NCBI GenBank assembly: GCA_964016885.1 | Contig: OZ024741.1 | Coordinates: 383,284,001 to 383,348,000, forward strand | Origin: Eledone cirrhosa | Lineage: Eukaryota | Reading direction: 5' to 3' | DNA: 64,000 bases | Shown here: piece after piece, positions 29,158-42,310 of the stretch | How positions within the stretch are numbered: position 1 is the first letter of the stretch | Layout of the letters: the number at the start of each line of letters is the position of its first letter | Notes under the pieces: generated by a model | The model's input: the letters and a program-made list of their open reading frames with translations, nothing else | Told to the model about the DNA's origin: nothing | The model's database searches: none | Translations under genes and position numbers: made by a program

Positions 29158-31599
29158 TCTTTAGATGTGTGTGTGTGTGTAATTTTCGTGTAATTAAAGC
29201 AACTAACCAACCAGCCAACCATATAGATTATACAAAACATTATTAAGGCTTCTGCTTCTCATAAAATTGTTATTGGACACCGACAAACCATCAAAGAGAT
29301 GAAACACCTACATTCTAGCGAAGCTGATTATATAAAAAACTTCGAAGTTACATTAACCCTTTCGTTATAAAATCTTTAAATCCGTTACCGTAACATGATT
29401 GTGATATTAAGGTAGTGAATGTGACACATTGGTAGTGACTCGGGGAAAAAGTTTCAAATTGTTCGTTGTCTTTTCCGTTCTAAGTTTGAATCCTGTCAAG
29501 CTTAGTATTGTACTTCCTATTTTACGAAGGGGTTGATACATTAAACCCCGATTATGTGTTGAATATTATCGACGTTATCTTATTCCAAAAATATGTAGCC
29601 TCGCAACTAGGTTAAAAATCGATATGACTCTGAAAGTGCTAACAAAAACGTAGCCTTGTATATATCGGCAATATGATATTTTCTACGACTGGCGAAAACA
29701 ACCTGTAAGACAGAGGGAAGGTTAATTGATATAGGGTTTTATGTAGCGAGGAATAAACTAAAAACAACAGAAACAATTAAAAGGAGAGGAGAAAGCAAAC
29801 GTATTGGCAGACAGATAATTAAACGAAGAGTAATGCAAATAGAGATAACTCTGCAAGATAAATAAACAGACGGACTGATAAATGGATAAACAGAGATAAA
29901 CGTAAAAAGTGACATAACACAAAAAACAAAAAATGACAAAAAGGGTGAGATATAGAATACATACATTTAGGGAGGCATAGAGAGAGATAAGTACAAAGAT
30001 AGACATAGACTGAAAGAGAGACAGACCATCACACAAAGATTCATAAAAAAAACATGTCATAGAGCATGAGAAATACACAAAAATAGAGAGAGCGCGCATT
30101 AGAAAATGATTGAGAAAGAGTTACAGACTGATAAGCAATCAGATAGAGAGTCACACATATAGATATAGTGTGGGACACACACAGTCATGATTGTTAAAGT
30201 AATTTATTATAGTTATAAAACGAAGAACCGGTGAAGATTTCCAGATTGTTATTCAAGGAATTATCCCTCGAATAACGGAATTTAATACTAAGCAAACATT
30301 TATCATAACTAACGAAACCTTACATAAAACAAAGACATTTCAAATGTTTATTTATTGGATATGTGTTTAATACAATTTTGCCCTTCTCACTTTAAAATGG
30401 AAAAGTAGTTACGAGAGAAGAGTTTCTTTTTGCTTCAATAAAATAACTTCTTGTACTAATTCATTCATCAACAAGAAGGCACAAGAAGAACACAACAACA
30501 GTTTTCCATTTCTAAAACACATCTGTATTGTAAGCTATTACTACTCCTATTGCCTGTACTGACGTAGACTGTAAAGAACACTACACGCTCAAAAGTAGTT
30601 GTTCTGGTTATTGCAATTTAATTCGACTTTCGTCAACTGTATAGCACCACTAATTATTTCGATAGTAAAGCTTTGTAAAGTGTGATATATAGGGGCGTAC
30701 GAAAATAATGTCCAGCACGTTATATTGTACAGTGCCCAATCACCATTTTCGTGGAATAGCTTCCCTTCTAAGAGGCCATACATTGTATTGTATAACATTG
30801 ATATACTAGCAACAGGACCCGGTGTTGCATGGGGTAGAAAATGCGAAATAGCAACACGCATATGCAAAGATTGAGGAATGTAGCTGTGTACTTTTTGGAT
30901 TCCCTTATTCTCAGTGAATGATTGTTCATGTACTGGAAACCTAAAATACCACCAGACCCGAATCGTGAAACATCTGCATGATGTGCAAAATCTGAAGAAA
31001 ATCAACTGGATACTCTTTAAGCGTACTGCTTTGTCTTCCATTTGGAGAAAATCGGTTAGGTACTTTTCGAGTTTTATAGATTCGCAATACAGCAACAAAG
31101 GTGCGACAAAAGGGGTCACCGCGGAATTAGCACAACCGTTGTTCGGCGTACTTGCGCAGGGCGTTCATACTGCGGTGTACGTAAAACAAAAGGGTTCTTA
31201 GTAGAAGTAGCACAGACGTGAGTTTTACGGTCTCAATAACACGACAACGTACACAGGCCCGGATTTGCGCCTGGTGAAAGCACGAAGCGTCAACAGGGCG
31301 CCGACAAAAATTTTAAGGCCCTCCTCATTTCCTCAACCCCCCGAAAATGGTCCTGTTTAAAAGTAAGTAAGTGTTGTGACCTCTGTTAAATAAACCAAAT
31401 TTTTAACGAAATATTATACGCTACTTACGATGTTTAAGTAGCGTTTATATTGGAAATGAAAATGGTATTAATGCCCAATGCTAATTCGTAAATTTCCTAG
31501 AAACCATTAATGGAATCTGAAATTATTTCGTCCACAGCAATGCGAGGAGACTAACTAATGTGTGCTGCACATTTCGAGGAAATCAGCTAGGTTATATTT

Positions 31600-31790
31600 A
31601 AGTTATGCTTCAAAAAAGCCTAAAAATGCCTTTAAAATGCGGTTTTTCGCCTAATGTGTGCCCTAGGGCAGAAAAAGTTAAAATTCTTTTTGCCCATTGC
31701 ACTTCAGGAAATATAAGTAATGCATGTGTAAAGTTTGAAAAAAGTCGGTCGGGTGCTTCAGACAGACATCCTCTGTTTTATATAGAGAGA
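31600..31790 (-). mobile_element. Probable non-autonomous Helitron 5' end fragment
   Basis: Reverse complement starts TCTCTATATAAAACAGAGGATGTCTGTCTG..CCGACTTTTTTCAAACTTTACAC, resembling the 43380 terminus. Confidence 0.4.
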
Positions 31791-31949
31791 TTTTATACGC
31801 CAGAGGAGGTGGATTGGCAGAAATTGTAGATCATCAGATAAAATACGTTATTTGTTCTCACTAGTTGTACTCTGCGTTCAAATCTTTGCAAAGTCAGCTT
31901 TGCCTATCATTCTTTCGAAGTTGGTGAAATAAAGCATCTGTCAAGTACT

Positions 31950-32155
31950 GAAGTCTGCCTCGCTCCCGAAGACTCATCAGATGAGTGCTTATCCCGGTTT
32001 CCGTGGCGTGAAGTGACTGAGAGTAGAAAACTCCCCACTTGACAGGATACCAGTCCATTGCAGGGTTAAACCCCATCTATTGCTGGTACACGTTTTGACC
32101 CGAGTATACAGGAGCAACGTGAAATGAAATGTTTTTTCAGGAACACAGCGCACAA
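31950..32155 (-). mobile_element. SINE family with conserved central domain (copies 47990-48270, 54195-54450)
   Basis: Shared CTTATCCCGGTTTC.GTGGCGTGAAG..ACTGAGAGTA..GACAGGA..CCAGTCCAT.GCAG.GTTAAACC; tRNA-like head (GGAATCGAACCC, reverse B box) in the 48200-48260 copy. Confidence 0.7.
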
Positions 32156-33039
32156 GATATTTCCCTGTTCAAACAACTGATATACTCGTCGGAACCGACA
32201 GAGGCACAACACACTAGTGTTGGATTTCAACGTAAGAAGTATTAAAACAAAATTTACCCCTAGCAAGATTTGAACTCCGATTCTGATACTGACAATCCCC
32301 TATGCTACCTAATCAATTGTAAATAACGGTTTCTAATGTAAGGACAAGGCTGATAGTTTTGTGTTGTGAAGGGAAATTAGATTATATCGAGTCCAGTACA
32401 TTACTCTTACTTTATTTCATCGATCCCAGAAGGATGAAAGACAATGTTGACTGGTGCGGGACTGGAAATTAGAACGCAAAGTGTCATTGCACTTGTTGAG
32501 CCAAAAATAATGGCGTCTGATATAGGCACAAGGCGAGCAATATCGGGAGGAGAAATCGATTAATTTCACCCCAGTGCGTTACTGGTGCCTTATTTTTTAA
32601 TCGTGGAATGACGAAAAGCAAAGCTAACATCGGAGGAACACGCAAAAATTCGAGGGTTTTTGGTGTGTTGTCCCTCACAAATTTTATTCTTATTTCAAAT
32701 ATATATATATATATATATATTCTTCTTGTAATTATTATTATTATTGACATTAGTTCGTACGGACGCGTTCATATCGGCATGGGTGAGGTTGTCATTTTTC
32801 ACTAGTTTACAAACGCTTTTTTACCAATTTGCTTGTTACAACTTGTGTATAGGATGCCTGCTTTGACCCTCAAGGAGGCGATCCCATAATATTTGGGCAT
32901 CTGACTCACATATTGTATTTTCTTCTTTGAAGAACGCCCCAAAAGTTTCAAATTTTTTGAAAAGTAATATGGAAGAAAAACGCTCCTCCCAAAGATTTCG
33001 CACGAGAAAAGTGTGCGTCTTTTCAACATTTCAGATGAA

Positions 33040-34570
33040 GAGCTGAAGATAAATTATGCCAACGCCACCATACCCATTAACACCAATACCAACACTACCA
33101 ACATTAACTTCGAAATCATTAGCATCAACAGCAGCGGAGGCAGCAGCAACAACAACAACAGCAATAACACAATGGCAACAACAACAATGACAACCACATA
33201 AACAACAGCAACAGCAGCATCAACGGGAACAACAACAACAACAACAGTGGAAATAAAGGCAGCAGCAGCAAAAGCAACAGCCACATCAACGGCACCAGCA
33301 ACAACAGTAATAGCAAGGACAGCAACTACAGCAATAACAAAACTACATTCCTATTTACAGCTGCGAATGCCACTGAACTAAATACAGATGAACTCTGAGA
33401 ACAAGCCGCCCGATTAATCAAAACACAAAATACAAAATCGCAAATAGCCATTTCCGTCTGAGGTGTAGATGGCTAACGTATAGGAAACATTAATTTATGG
33501 AACTATTGTAATAAAATCGAGACGGACAGAAGTAGCATCTCAAATCAGTGCGAAAAGGAATTATGTTCGATATAGAGCATATTGCCAGAGCCAAGCAATA
33601 CGCGGCCATTTCAGTTTTGTTCAAAACCGAAGAGCTGGCAGTCAAACACTCCATGGTCCCCACTCGAACAGATTGGTACGTTCTATATCCTCTATGCCAC
33701 GGCAGAGGGACCGTAAGGATGAGAATCACTAGTATTCCGTCATGACTGAATGACTGGTGCATCGTAGTCTGTGTGGTACGTGAGGGTAGCGGCACAGTCT
33801 TGGAAGTCAGGCGCATCTAGAGAGAACAAAGGTTGCGGATATGTTTAGAAATTCTCTTAAATATCAAACCAGGGAAGATACATAACAGATGCGTGGTGAT
33901 AAATGTAGTCATTGAGAATAAAAGAAGCCCGTTGTCATCTTTAAGGAGAAACAGGACACTGAAGAGATTTTTGCTCCGAGCAAAAGACGCAGGAAAACCG
34001 AGCACCATTGCTGCGAACACCATCATCTCAACAACTGCACTAGCAGCAAATAGTAACTGTAGCGGCACCAACATCACTAGCAGTAACTACATCAACAGCA
34101 GCATCAATACCAGTAAAACAAACACCACCACCAACAGCAGCAATAGAATCACCGATACTTTAAAAAAAAATCAACACAACCAAAAACAGAAAAGGAAACA
34201 TCACTATCACCAGCAGCAACAGCAGCAATCCTAAAATACACCCAGCAGTACTTCCAACAACGCTCTCCCCCTCTCCCTCCTCAAAACACACACATTCACA
34301 AAACAACAGCAATCTTAGTCAAATGATTCAGAAACAACCTCTTTTCGCAGCGAGAAAGAGTCGGAAACCCAAAGCGCAAAAAAGTAAACATAAATGTGGC
34401 CCCACAAAAATTGCTGTGGCATCTCAAAACATACATCAATACAAAACCTAGAAAGCAACGAATCCACACCGAAAACAACAAGACATATCTACCATAACAC
34501 CAACACAATGAACACTACAATCACCCAAACGAAAACTCTCACAACCATAACAACAAATAACGCACACCAA
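33040..34570. repeat. Low-complexity CAA/CAG-rich region
   Basis: Degenerate (AAC)n/(CAG)n tracts at 33060-33340 and 34000-34570. Confidence 0.7.
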
Positions 34571-34809
34571 ACTTGTGCTAATATAAAGGCACAAATTGCG
34601 GAAATTGGGAAAGAGGGGATATTGTTAGCACCAGTACTTTAAAGTGCCACAATGATAATAATACGAATGGCACCACAAACATATAAAAATATTCAAGAGA
34701 GCCCTTGAATTACTCCTTCATAGTCAGCCTATGAAATCCCTGCCTACACTCGTACAAATAAACATTAATAATTTAACAACGAATATATAAATTAATGAAT
34801 CCCTTTTCG

Positions 34810-35694
34810 AACTAGTTCTGTAGCGCACCTACAGATGGCAACACACCGTTGCGCGCGTAGTGTGCATGCTTGGGCAAGCTTACCGTGACAAGGAAACGGG
34901 TCGTACGCAATCTTTCGATAGGCACAGGCGCTTCAAAAGCGGAAGAACGTCTCTGGAAGATGACGAGCGATCTGGAAGACCTGCCACGAGTGTCACCCCC
35001 GAATATATGGAGAAAATTCATCAGCTTGTGTATGAGAATCATTGGAGGACAATCGACGAGGCTGCTAATGTTGTTCGTATTGGTCTGTGCAGGCAATCCC
35101 TCGCCTGCTGACCACGAGGATAATTGCCAGGGAAGAGAGTTCGGTCTGTGTGCACTACTCTGAGACGATGCAGCATCCAAAACAGTGGGAAAGCCCTTCA
35201 TCCACACAACTGAAGAAGTCGCATCAGAGCCGCAGGTCAATCAATGCCATGTTCATCGTCTTTCTATGAAATCCGCGGTATTGGGCATCGCGAATTCGTC
35301 CCCCGAGACCAAACCGTCAATTGAGACTTCCACTGCCACGTTTTGAGGCTTTTGAGGGAGGACATTCAGTGAAAGCGGGCGGATCTGTGGAATGCAAACA
35401 ATTGGATTCTTCAAGAAGACAATGCACCCTGTCACTGAGCTCTCCTCTCTCGTGAGTTTCTTGCCAAACGCAATATTGTATCGCTTCCGCACCCACCCTA
35501 TTTTCCAGATTTAGCACAAGCGACTCGCCTACAGGAAACCACTTCGAGGTCGGATTCCAAAATGGCAGGAATGCTGGGACCAGTAGATTGCTGCACAAGG
35601 TAACTGTTTCGAAGAAGATTTTGTTAAACCTGAGGTAAATATATTACTTTTTTTAAACATAACTAGTCCGGGAAGTATTTGATTCTACCTGGTA
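34810..35694 (+). mobile_element. Mariner transposon remnant
   Basis: FKSGRTSLEDDERSGRPATSVTPE; MFIVF; GHREFVP; WILQEDNAPCH; PHPPYFPDLA; right TIR AGTCCGGGAAGTATTTGATTCTACCTGG|TA. Confidence 0.82.
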
Positions 35695-35859
35695 CATACA
35701 CACATCTAAAAATACATGGATAGTTGTAAATCAGATCAGTATCTAGTCGGATTCATTTTTACATCCGGTCAGACAATTATCTAGATCTTAGAGCCTCAAG
35801 CGAGGAAGTAGTTCAAATATAAAAACACACACATACACACACACACAGACACAGACACA

Positions 35860-35930
<71 letters not shown>

Positions 35931-36199
35931 TTCCTGCCAGATCTTCAAACGCCTTTCATGGATCAAAAGTTATTTAAGATCTCACGCTAAGAATTAGCAA
36001 TTATAGGTGCAAGTTGCGGCCAAGTTCTACAAAGAGTAGACAACCAACATACACACACATATATGGCTTAGTGGCTAGGGAATTAGACTTACAATCGTGT
36101 AGTTGTCCGCTAGATTTCCGGATCGGCAGATATGCCATGTCCTTGAACAAGACACTTTATTCCACGTTGCTCCTTCTGCCAGGAGTCCCATCTGGTAGA

Positions 36200-37660
36200 T
36201 AGTATCAGCAATGGAATTACCAAAGGAAACTCTTGTATTTGTTCGTTTTGATTTGGTTGAATGATTGGGCTTCCATTGATTTGAAAGAATGGTACATTAC
36301 GCCCATGTTTGTACACAGCTGATATTGGATCAACGCTTGGTGATTTACCTGATACATTTGTTCTATAACTGTTTTAACTTCGGCATAGGTTGGGTCGACG
36401 TCCAGTTTGGGGATTTCCAGTCTTAAAGGAGATGAGTTGATGACATGATCCACATCCGATTGAGATTTTACAACTGCTTCAAATTGATCTTTCCAGCGAT
36501 TAAGCATATCAATTTCATCTTTGAGCAACGTAGATCCATCCGATACTAATACCGGTGAAGACTCACCTCTTTTCTACTTCCATAGAAGGCTTTTATATCA
36601 TTTCTACCACCAACAGTTTGAAGCTACGCTGCTTTCGATGATCCCCACTCATCTTTCATTTTACTTAAAATACATTAAACAGTTTGTTTACAGTAAAGAA
36701 TATAATTTCTTTTTCATTGAATACTTTTTGTCGATATCTATACTTTGAGAGGAATGCACATTTTAAATTAATGACTGCATTTCTGTATTATTTCCTTTGA
36801 ACCAATATTCAAGTGAAGCAGAAAGTGTTTCTTCCTTGAAATATGTCCACCACTCTTCAATACTTGCGGAAACATCAACTCATTCAACAACACATTGAGT
36901 AGTAAAGACAATATAGCCTTAATTCTTTTCCTGCATCACGTGAACGAACGTTTATTGGTTTAAGAAATGTTACACTGTTTTCTATGCTTTACCTGAAGTT
37001 GAAATGATACCTTACAGCGTTATAGAAGGAGCGAGAATGATAAATGTCACGTTGATGTCTCCTTTTTGTTTAAATGTAATCAATCAAATGCCATTCATTT
37101 CAGCTTGACGCATCCAAGTGGTTTTGAAACTGTTAGGATAATGAAATACAGTGTTGATTATACGGCGGCCTAGTTCATTGCAAAAATAGAGAGGTCCATT
37201 GTTATTCATTACTCAGAGCCAAGAAAGACTCATGATATTGAAGTCCCCTAGAATCAGATGTTTATCATGATAACCTACAGTTTTGACAACAAAAATTGGG
37301 GATTGTTGATATTTCAGCCTTCATGTTTGGTGTATAGCAACTGATTAAGTTTACGGTAGTAGCCTCAGTAAGCTGAAATTTCAATGTCATCAAACGATTA
37401 CTCACCCATGTAGTAAAGTCGTCAATGTATTGCGATCTTAATTCTAATAGCAAATTAAACACCTGAAGAGCGTATTGCTTCTTTTATTTGACTAGAAGAG
37501 TTTATAAACCTCCCCTTTCTTCTCAAGCTGTCCACAACCAGTCTAGCTTCAGTTAATGCTGCTATATCTATGTTGTATTTAAGACGTTTGACAGAGGAGC
37601 AGGTTCCCTTTCTAATGAATCTGCGCTATTGCGAAGGATGTGAACATTCCATGAAACTTG
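36200..37660 (-). mobile_element. Degraded RTE-like LINE (APE and linker region)
   Basis: LKYNIDIAALTEARL, VSNRLMTLKF..NLISCYTP, LILGDFN, FKTTWM, LNRWKDQF, PTYAEVKTVI. Confidence 0.7.
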
Positions 37661-37689
37661 GATGGGATGTTTTTGTGAAATAAACTCGT

Positions 37690-38160
37690 TCCAATGCACG
37701 AAAGCTCACTATATGTAGTTGATAGCGTGAATAGTCTAAATGACTTAATAGATATGGAACGTTTTCTGGAAGCATAGTAGCTAGAGTTTGCATGGGATGA
37801 GAAATTTCAAAGAAGTTGGTAACAAAATAATTCTCTGGTGGCTAGGCAGATATCATAATGCTAGTGTATGAAATATAATGTATCACAGTAGTAAGACATG
37901 GGCAATTAATGCTACAATGTGTAGGATGTTTAAAGGCTAGAAGGAAATGTGTTAGCATGTTTAGCTAGATGTGTTATCTTTGTGAACATAGATGTCTGTG
38001 CAAAGAGATGCAAAGAGAAAATCTTGGTACGAAACGAATCAGATATATTGTACACTGGCACGAACATACGATATGTAGGGTGGATGACACTGAGGTAAAG
38101 ATATGCCAAATAATGCAAAAGGAAGTAAACTGGGAAAAACAGAAAAGTGCGTCTTGAAGG
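37690..38160 (+). mobile_element. 3' fragment of an RTE-like LINE
   Basis: Degenerate C-terminal motifs (SIVARVCMG*.F, MYHSSKTWA, YIVHWHEH) typical of the RTE post-RT domain. Confidence 0.4.
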
Positions 38161-38631
38161 GTAATCTCAAGAGGTTGAACCTCATACAATCTATGAAAGG
38201 AGACTACAACGAGTGAAAAAACTATATGCTGAACACAACCCAACCATTCCATACAAACATGAAAAACTGGACTTAAAACGTGTTCAATCACAGAGTGAAT
38301 AACCAGCCAACCGCAGTAAGATGACAAGTCCTGATGGGCATGCAATGTTTTAGGGATCCATTTCTTGCTCCTTCCCAATTAGGGGATAGCAGGGCAGTGA
38401 CTAAACAGATCTGCTTTGACACATAGCACAGGACGGAGCAGCGCAATAGCCCCTAGCAACGCAATAACCCATATTTGTGATAAACGGTTATCACATACTG
38501 AGCCACCAATTATGCAGATTACCAAATAAGGTCTACCAATAGTGTACTCCAACTGTCACCAACGCTGTTATCCCATCGCCAGTGGATTTTGGTAAACGAT
38601 GTACTTACGCACACACACATACACACAGACT

Positions 38632-38682
<51 letters not shown>

Positions 38683-38684
<2 letters not shown>

Positions 38685-39598
38685 TAATATGTATGTGATG
38701 AAACACAGATACCAACACATCTGTATATATATTGCAAAAGAAAAATTTAGCCAGATTGAAGTATACTAATTATTATACTACAGTTTGTCCATATCGATTT
38801 AAAATAATAAATCAACGGAGACGAACTGTATTGCCAAGAGGCCGTGATGTTTAGATACATTTAAATTTCAAAATCAAACCTGTTCCGTAGATAAGTTTAG
38901 ACTTTAAGATCCAAATATGTTTCGAGTTAAATAAGTGTAGGAATATCATGTCCCGCACTCCTCAGTAAACATCCAGAGACAAATTGATATGCTTCACATC
39001 TAAATAATTTAAAAGACTGCGTGACGCACATGGCTTTACAGTATCTAACTAGTCTCATAACCGTACTGCTAGAAATAACAGTCGTATATATGAGGCGGCT
39101 TGCAGCTCAAACTAGGAGCAGTTAAAATTAATAAGGTAATGAATTCTTTTACAATGGAATCAGCTCGAATGAGGAAAAATATCCCCTGAGCAGTGTATGA
39201 ATTAATATGTATGTGATGAAACACAGATACCAACACATCTGTATATATATTGCAAAAGAAAACATTTAGCCAGATTGAAGTATACTAATTATTATACTAC
39301 AGTTTGTCCATATCGATTTAAAATAATAAATCAACGGAGACGAACTGTATTGCCAAGAGGCCGTGATGTTTAGACACATTTAAATTTCAAAATCAAACCT
39401 GTTCCGTAGATAAGTTTAGACTTTAAGATCCAAATATGTTTCTAGTTAAATAAGTGTAGGAATATCATGTCCCGCTCTCCTCAGTAAACATCTAGAGACA
39501 AATTGATATGCTTCACTTCTAAATAATTTATACACTGCTCAGGGGATATTTTTCCTCATTCGAGCTGATTCCATTGTAAAAGAATTCATTACCTTATT

Positions 39599-39600
<2 letters not shown>
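38683..39600 (-). mobile_element. Non-coding PLE-type element: ~1.6 tandem copies of a ~518-bp unit plus inverted 70-bp cap
   Basis: ATTAATATGTATGTGATGAAACAC at 38683 and 39201; 39531-39600 is the reverse complement of 39128-39198; (TA)n on both sides; hammerhead-like motif in each unit. Confidence 0.8.
38908..38972 (-). ncRNA. Hammerhead-like motif (second copy 39427-39492)
   Basis: Reverse complement: gatgttta CTGAGGA gtgcgggac-atgat-attcctacac-ttatttaactc GAAA CATA TT tggatc; stem I weak (GU-rich). Confidence 0.5.
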
Positions 39601-39682
<82 letters not shown>

Positions 39683-39686
<4 letters not shown>

Positions 39687-40585
39687 ATTATGTATGTATG
39701 TATACGTACATACATATATGTATACAGACGTACAGTAGTATGTATATATATACATACATGCACACACATATATATATGCACGTATCGGTCTACCGAACAT
39801 TTATTATAATGCTCGGTTTGTTTGTTTGTAAACAAACAAACAGCCATAATTACGCCGTACAGTGTTTAGGCAACCACGTCACCTTTTGTTCAACAATGAT
39901 ACAGGAACGATGTACTAGTTCCAAGCTTATTAGCTATTGTTAGCATCGTATACCTTCCTGCCAGATGGTTGAACGTCTGAAAGTATATACTTTCCTTATG
40001 CATATTAACGGCTGAGCAGCCTAATTTGCATATCCAATGAGTTCAGTCGGCCGGGCACACCGAAAACGATAAATGGAATAGAATGAAACGAAATTTCATT
40101 TCTCACTCTTAGTACGGCACTTAATTAAATGTAAGTATGTATGTATACATTCTATTCCATTTATCGTTTTCGGTGTGCCCGGCTGACAGAACTCACTCGA
40201 TATGCAAATTAGGCTGCTCGGCCGTTAATATGCATAAGGAAAGTATATACTTTCAGACGTTCAACCATCTGGCAGGAAGGTATACGATGCTGACGATAGC
40301 TAATACGCTTGAAACTAGTATATCGTTCCTGTGTCAGTGTTGAACAAAAAGGTGACGTGATTGCTTAAACACTGTACGGCGTTATTCGGGCATTATAATA
40401 AATGTTCGGTAAACCGATACGTGCATATATATATATGTGTGCATGTATGTATATATATATACATACTACTGTACGTCTGTATACATATATGCATGTACGT
40501 ATACATACATACATACATACTTACATTTAAGTAAGTGCCATACTAAGACTGAGAAATGAAATTTCGTTTCATTCTATTCCATTTA
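39683..40585. mobile_element. Inverted pair of ~420-nt hammerhead-containing monomers opened at different points
   Basis: Plus copy 40148-40585 with 16-nt terminal redundancy CATTCTATTCCATTTA; minus copy 40145-39683 is a circular permutation of it. Confidence 0.8.
40284..40326 (+). ncRNA. 43-nt minimal type I hammerhead ribozyme
   Basis: acgatg CTGACGA t-agc-taatac-gct-t GAAA CTAG TA tatcgt. The inverted copy at 39907-39949 has a decayed core (CTAACAA/GGAA). Confidence 0.8.
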
Positions 40586-40617
40586 CATATATACATATAT
40601 ACAGATATACATATATA

Positions 40618-42075
40618 ATGGTAATCAAAAACGACACCACCATTACCACGGATATATACTATAAACACACAGACACCCATCAATATCTGAATTTTAAGTC
40701 GTGTCATCTACCTCATACAAAACGCAACATCCCACTAGCCAGAAGAATTTGTACCATTGTAAAAGATACGAATACCAGCAACAAACGCCTAACAGAACTC
40801 ATAGAATTTTTGCTCAAACAAAAATACCCATCTCTACTTATAGAAAATAGCATACAGCTGGCTATAAAAATACCTATACAACAACTTAGGACAACCCAAG
40901 GAAGAAGAAACCAAGAACTGGTCATACCATTTAGAATGACACACAACCCATGTTACCAGAATATCTTCAACGTTGCCAAAGCAAACCTACTGATCATTGC
41001 TCAAGGTAATGAATTAAAAAGTTTAATCACAGACCGATCTTTGACTCCTAGTAAAAGACAGCCGAAAAATGTTGAAGCAATTACTAACAAAGGCAAAGTT
41101 TGACCTTAACAACAAAGACCAATCATTCACTCTATCTAAATGCAATGATAGTCGATGTGGCACATGTCAGTTCATATATACTGTTGATATATGAACACAA
41201 AAACTGGAAAAATATTCCCAAATGCAAATATGAACTGCAAAAGTAGAAATCTAATTTACTGCATTAAATGCCCGAATTATGAAGAACTATATGTCGGTCA
41301 AACTGGAAATGCACTATCAGAACATGCACGGGTGCACCGACACCAAATCAGAGACCCAAATGTCCGTCAGATACCCATGAGTAACCATCTAGCAACATGT
41401 GGTCAGAAAATATTTATAATATTTCCATTCTACAAACTACACAGCCCAAGTGAAATCTAGAGAAACATTAAAGAAAAGAATTTTAATGATAAATTCCAAC
41501 CCAAGCTAAATGAACAATAATAATGCTTAGGGGTATTACTTCTACTATGACTACGCCTACGACCATGTTGACTACCACAACTGACAACAAGAACAACAAT
41601 AATAATAAAAGTGGTGTTGATGTTGATAATTACTGGAATTTTTTTATAAAAACCCTAGAAAATGCTATTTTCATCATTTCTAAAAATAGCAAAACAATTG
41701 ATGCTTTCGATATGGTCAAATAGAAGTCGTTAGATATGCTCAACCAACCGTGACGCCTAAACCAATCAGCTTTAGTAATCTAGTGAAACTACACACCGAT
41801 TGGTCGAAATACAGTTTGCAAACCTTAGCATTCCGTAGCCCCTTTTTACTGTATATAAAGCACAGATTTTACCCATCTCATTACAGTTGAAAGTTGCAAA
41901 CTTGACTGTCACCACTGAATTTGAACCTGAAGATTTCAAAAGCATGAGAGTACTTGTTCAATTAACATTTAACATTTAATATTCTGCTATAATATTTCAT
42001 TATAATATCATTATAATTTTAAAGGATTGTAAATAAAACGAGTAAATCAGACAAAGTTGGAATTCCTTTTATTAA
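40618..42075 (+). mobile_element. Penelope-like element 3' fragment (Neptune-type Zn linker + GIY-YIG) followed by pLTR
   Basis: TDIYYKHTDTHQYLNFKSCHLPHTKRNIP (RT thumb); KCNDSRCGTC; CKSRNLIYCIKC..LYVGQTG..L..H.RVH..MSNH; downstream TATA-like and hammerhead-like motifs. Confidence 0.85.
41921..41961 (+). ncRNA. Degenerate minimal hammerhead in PLE pLTR
   Basis: ttgaac CTGAAGA tttcaaaagcat GAGA (GAAA mutated) GTAC TT gttcaa; perfect 6-bp stem I. Confidence 0.55.
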
Positions 42076-42236
42076 TATAATCTTCTATACACAATCATAC
42101 ACACCCGTGTATATTTATATATATACATATATACCTATATACACACACACACACACACACACATATATATTTATATATATATATATATATATAATAAGAG
42201 AGACAGTTTTAATCGTACATCTTCACGTTATTGTCT

Positions 42237-42310
42237 AGTTAATTATACACATTTTCAAGATGTAAGGTAGTTATATAATAACCACCTTACACGGTCTCTT
42301 CAGACGAATC
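42237..42310 (-). ncRNA. Hammerhead-like motif, stem I decayed
   Basis: Reverse complement: CTGAAGA gacc-gtgtaaggtggtta-ttata-taactaccttacat-ctt GAAA atgtgta TA; long stem II. Confidence 0.5.

Noticed and set aside
31970-31985. CTGATGAG on the minus strand (also ~54215)
   Set aside because: Part of the SINE 3' region; no GAAA, stem III or stem I partner, so not a hammerhead.
33013-33340. Possible exon after TTTCAG (DEELKINYAN...)
   Set aside because: Runs directly into CAA-type low-complexity sequence and a stop; no partner exons.
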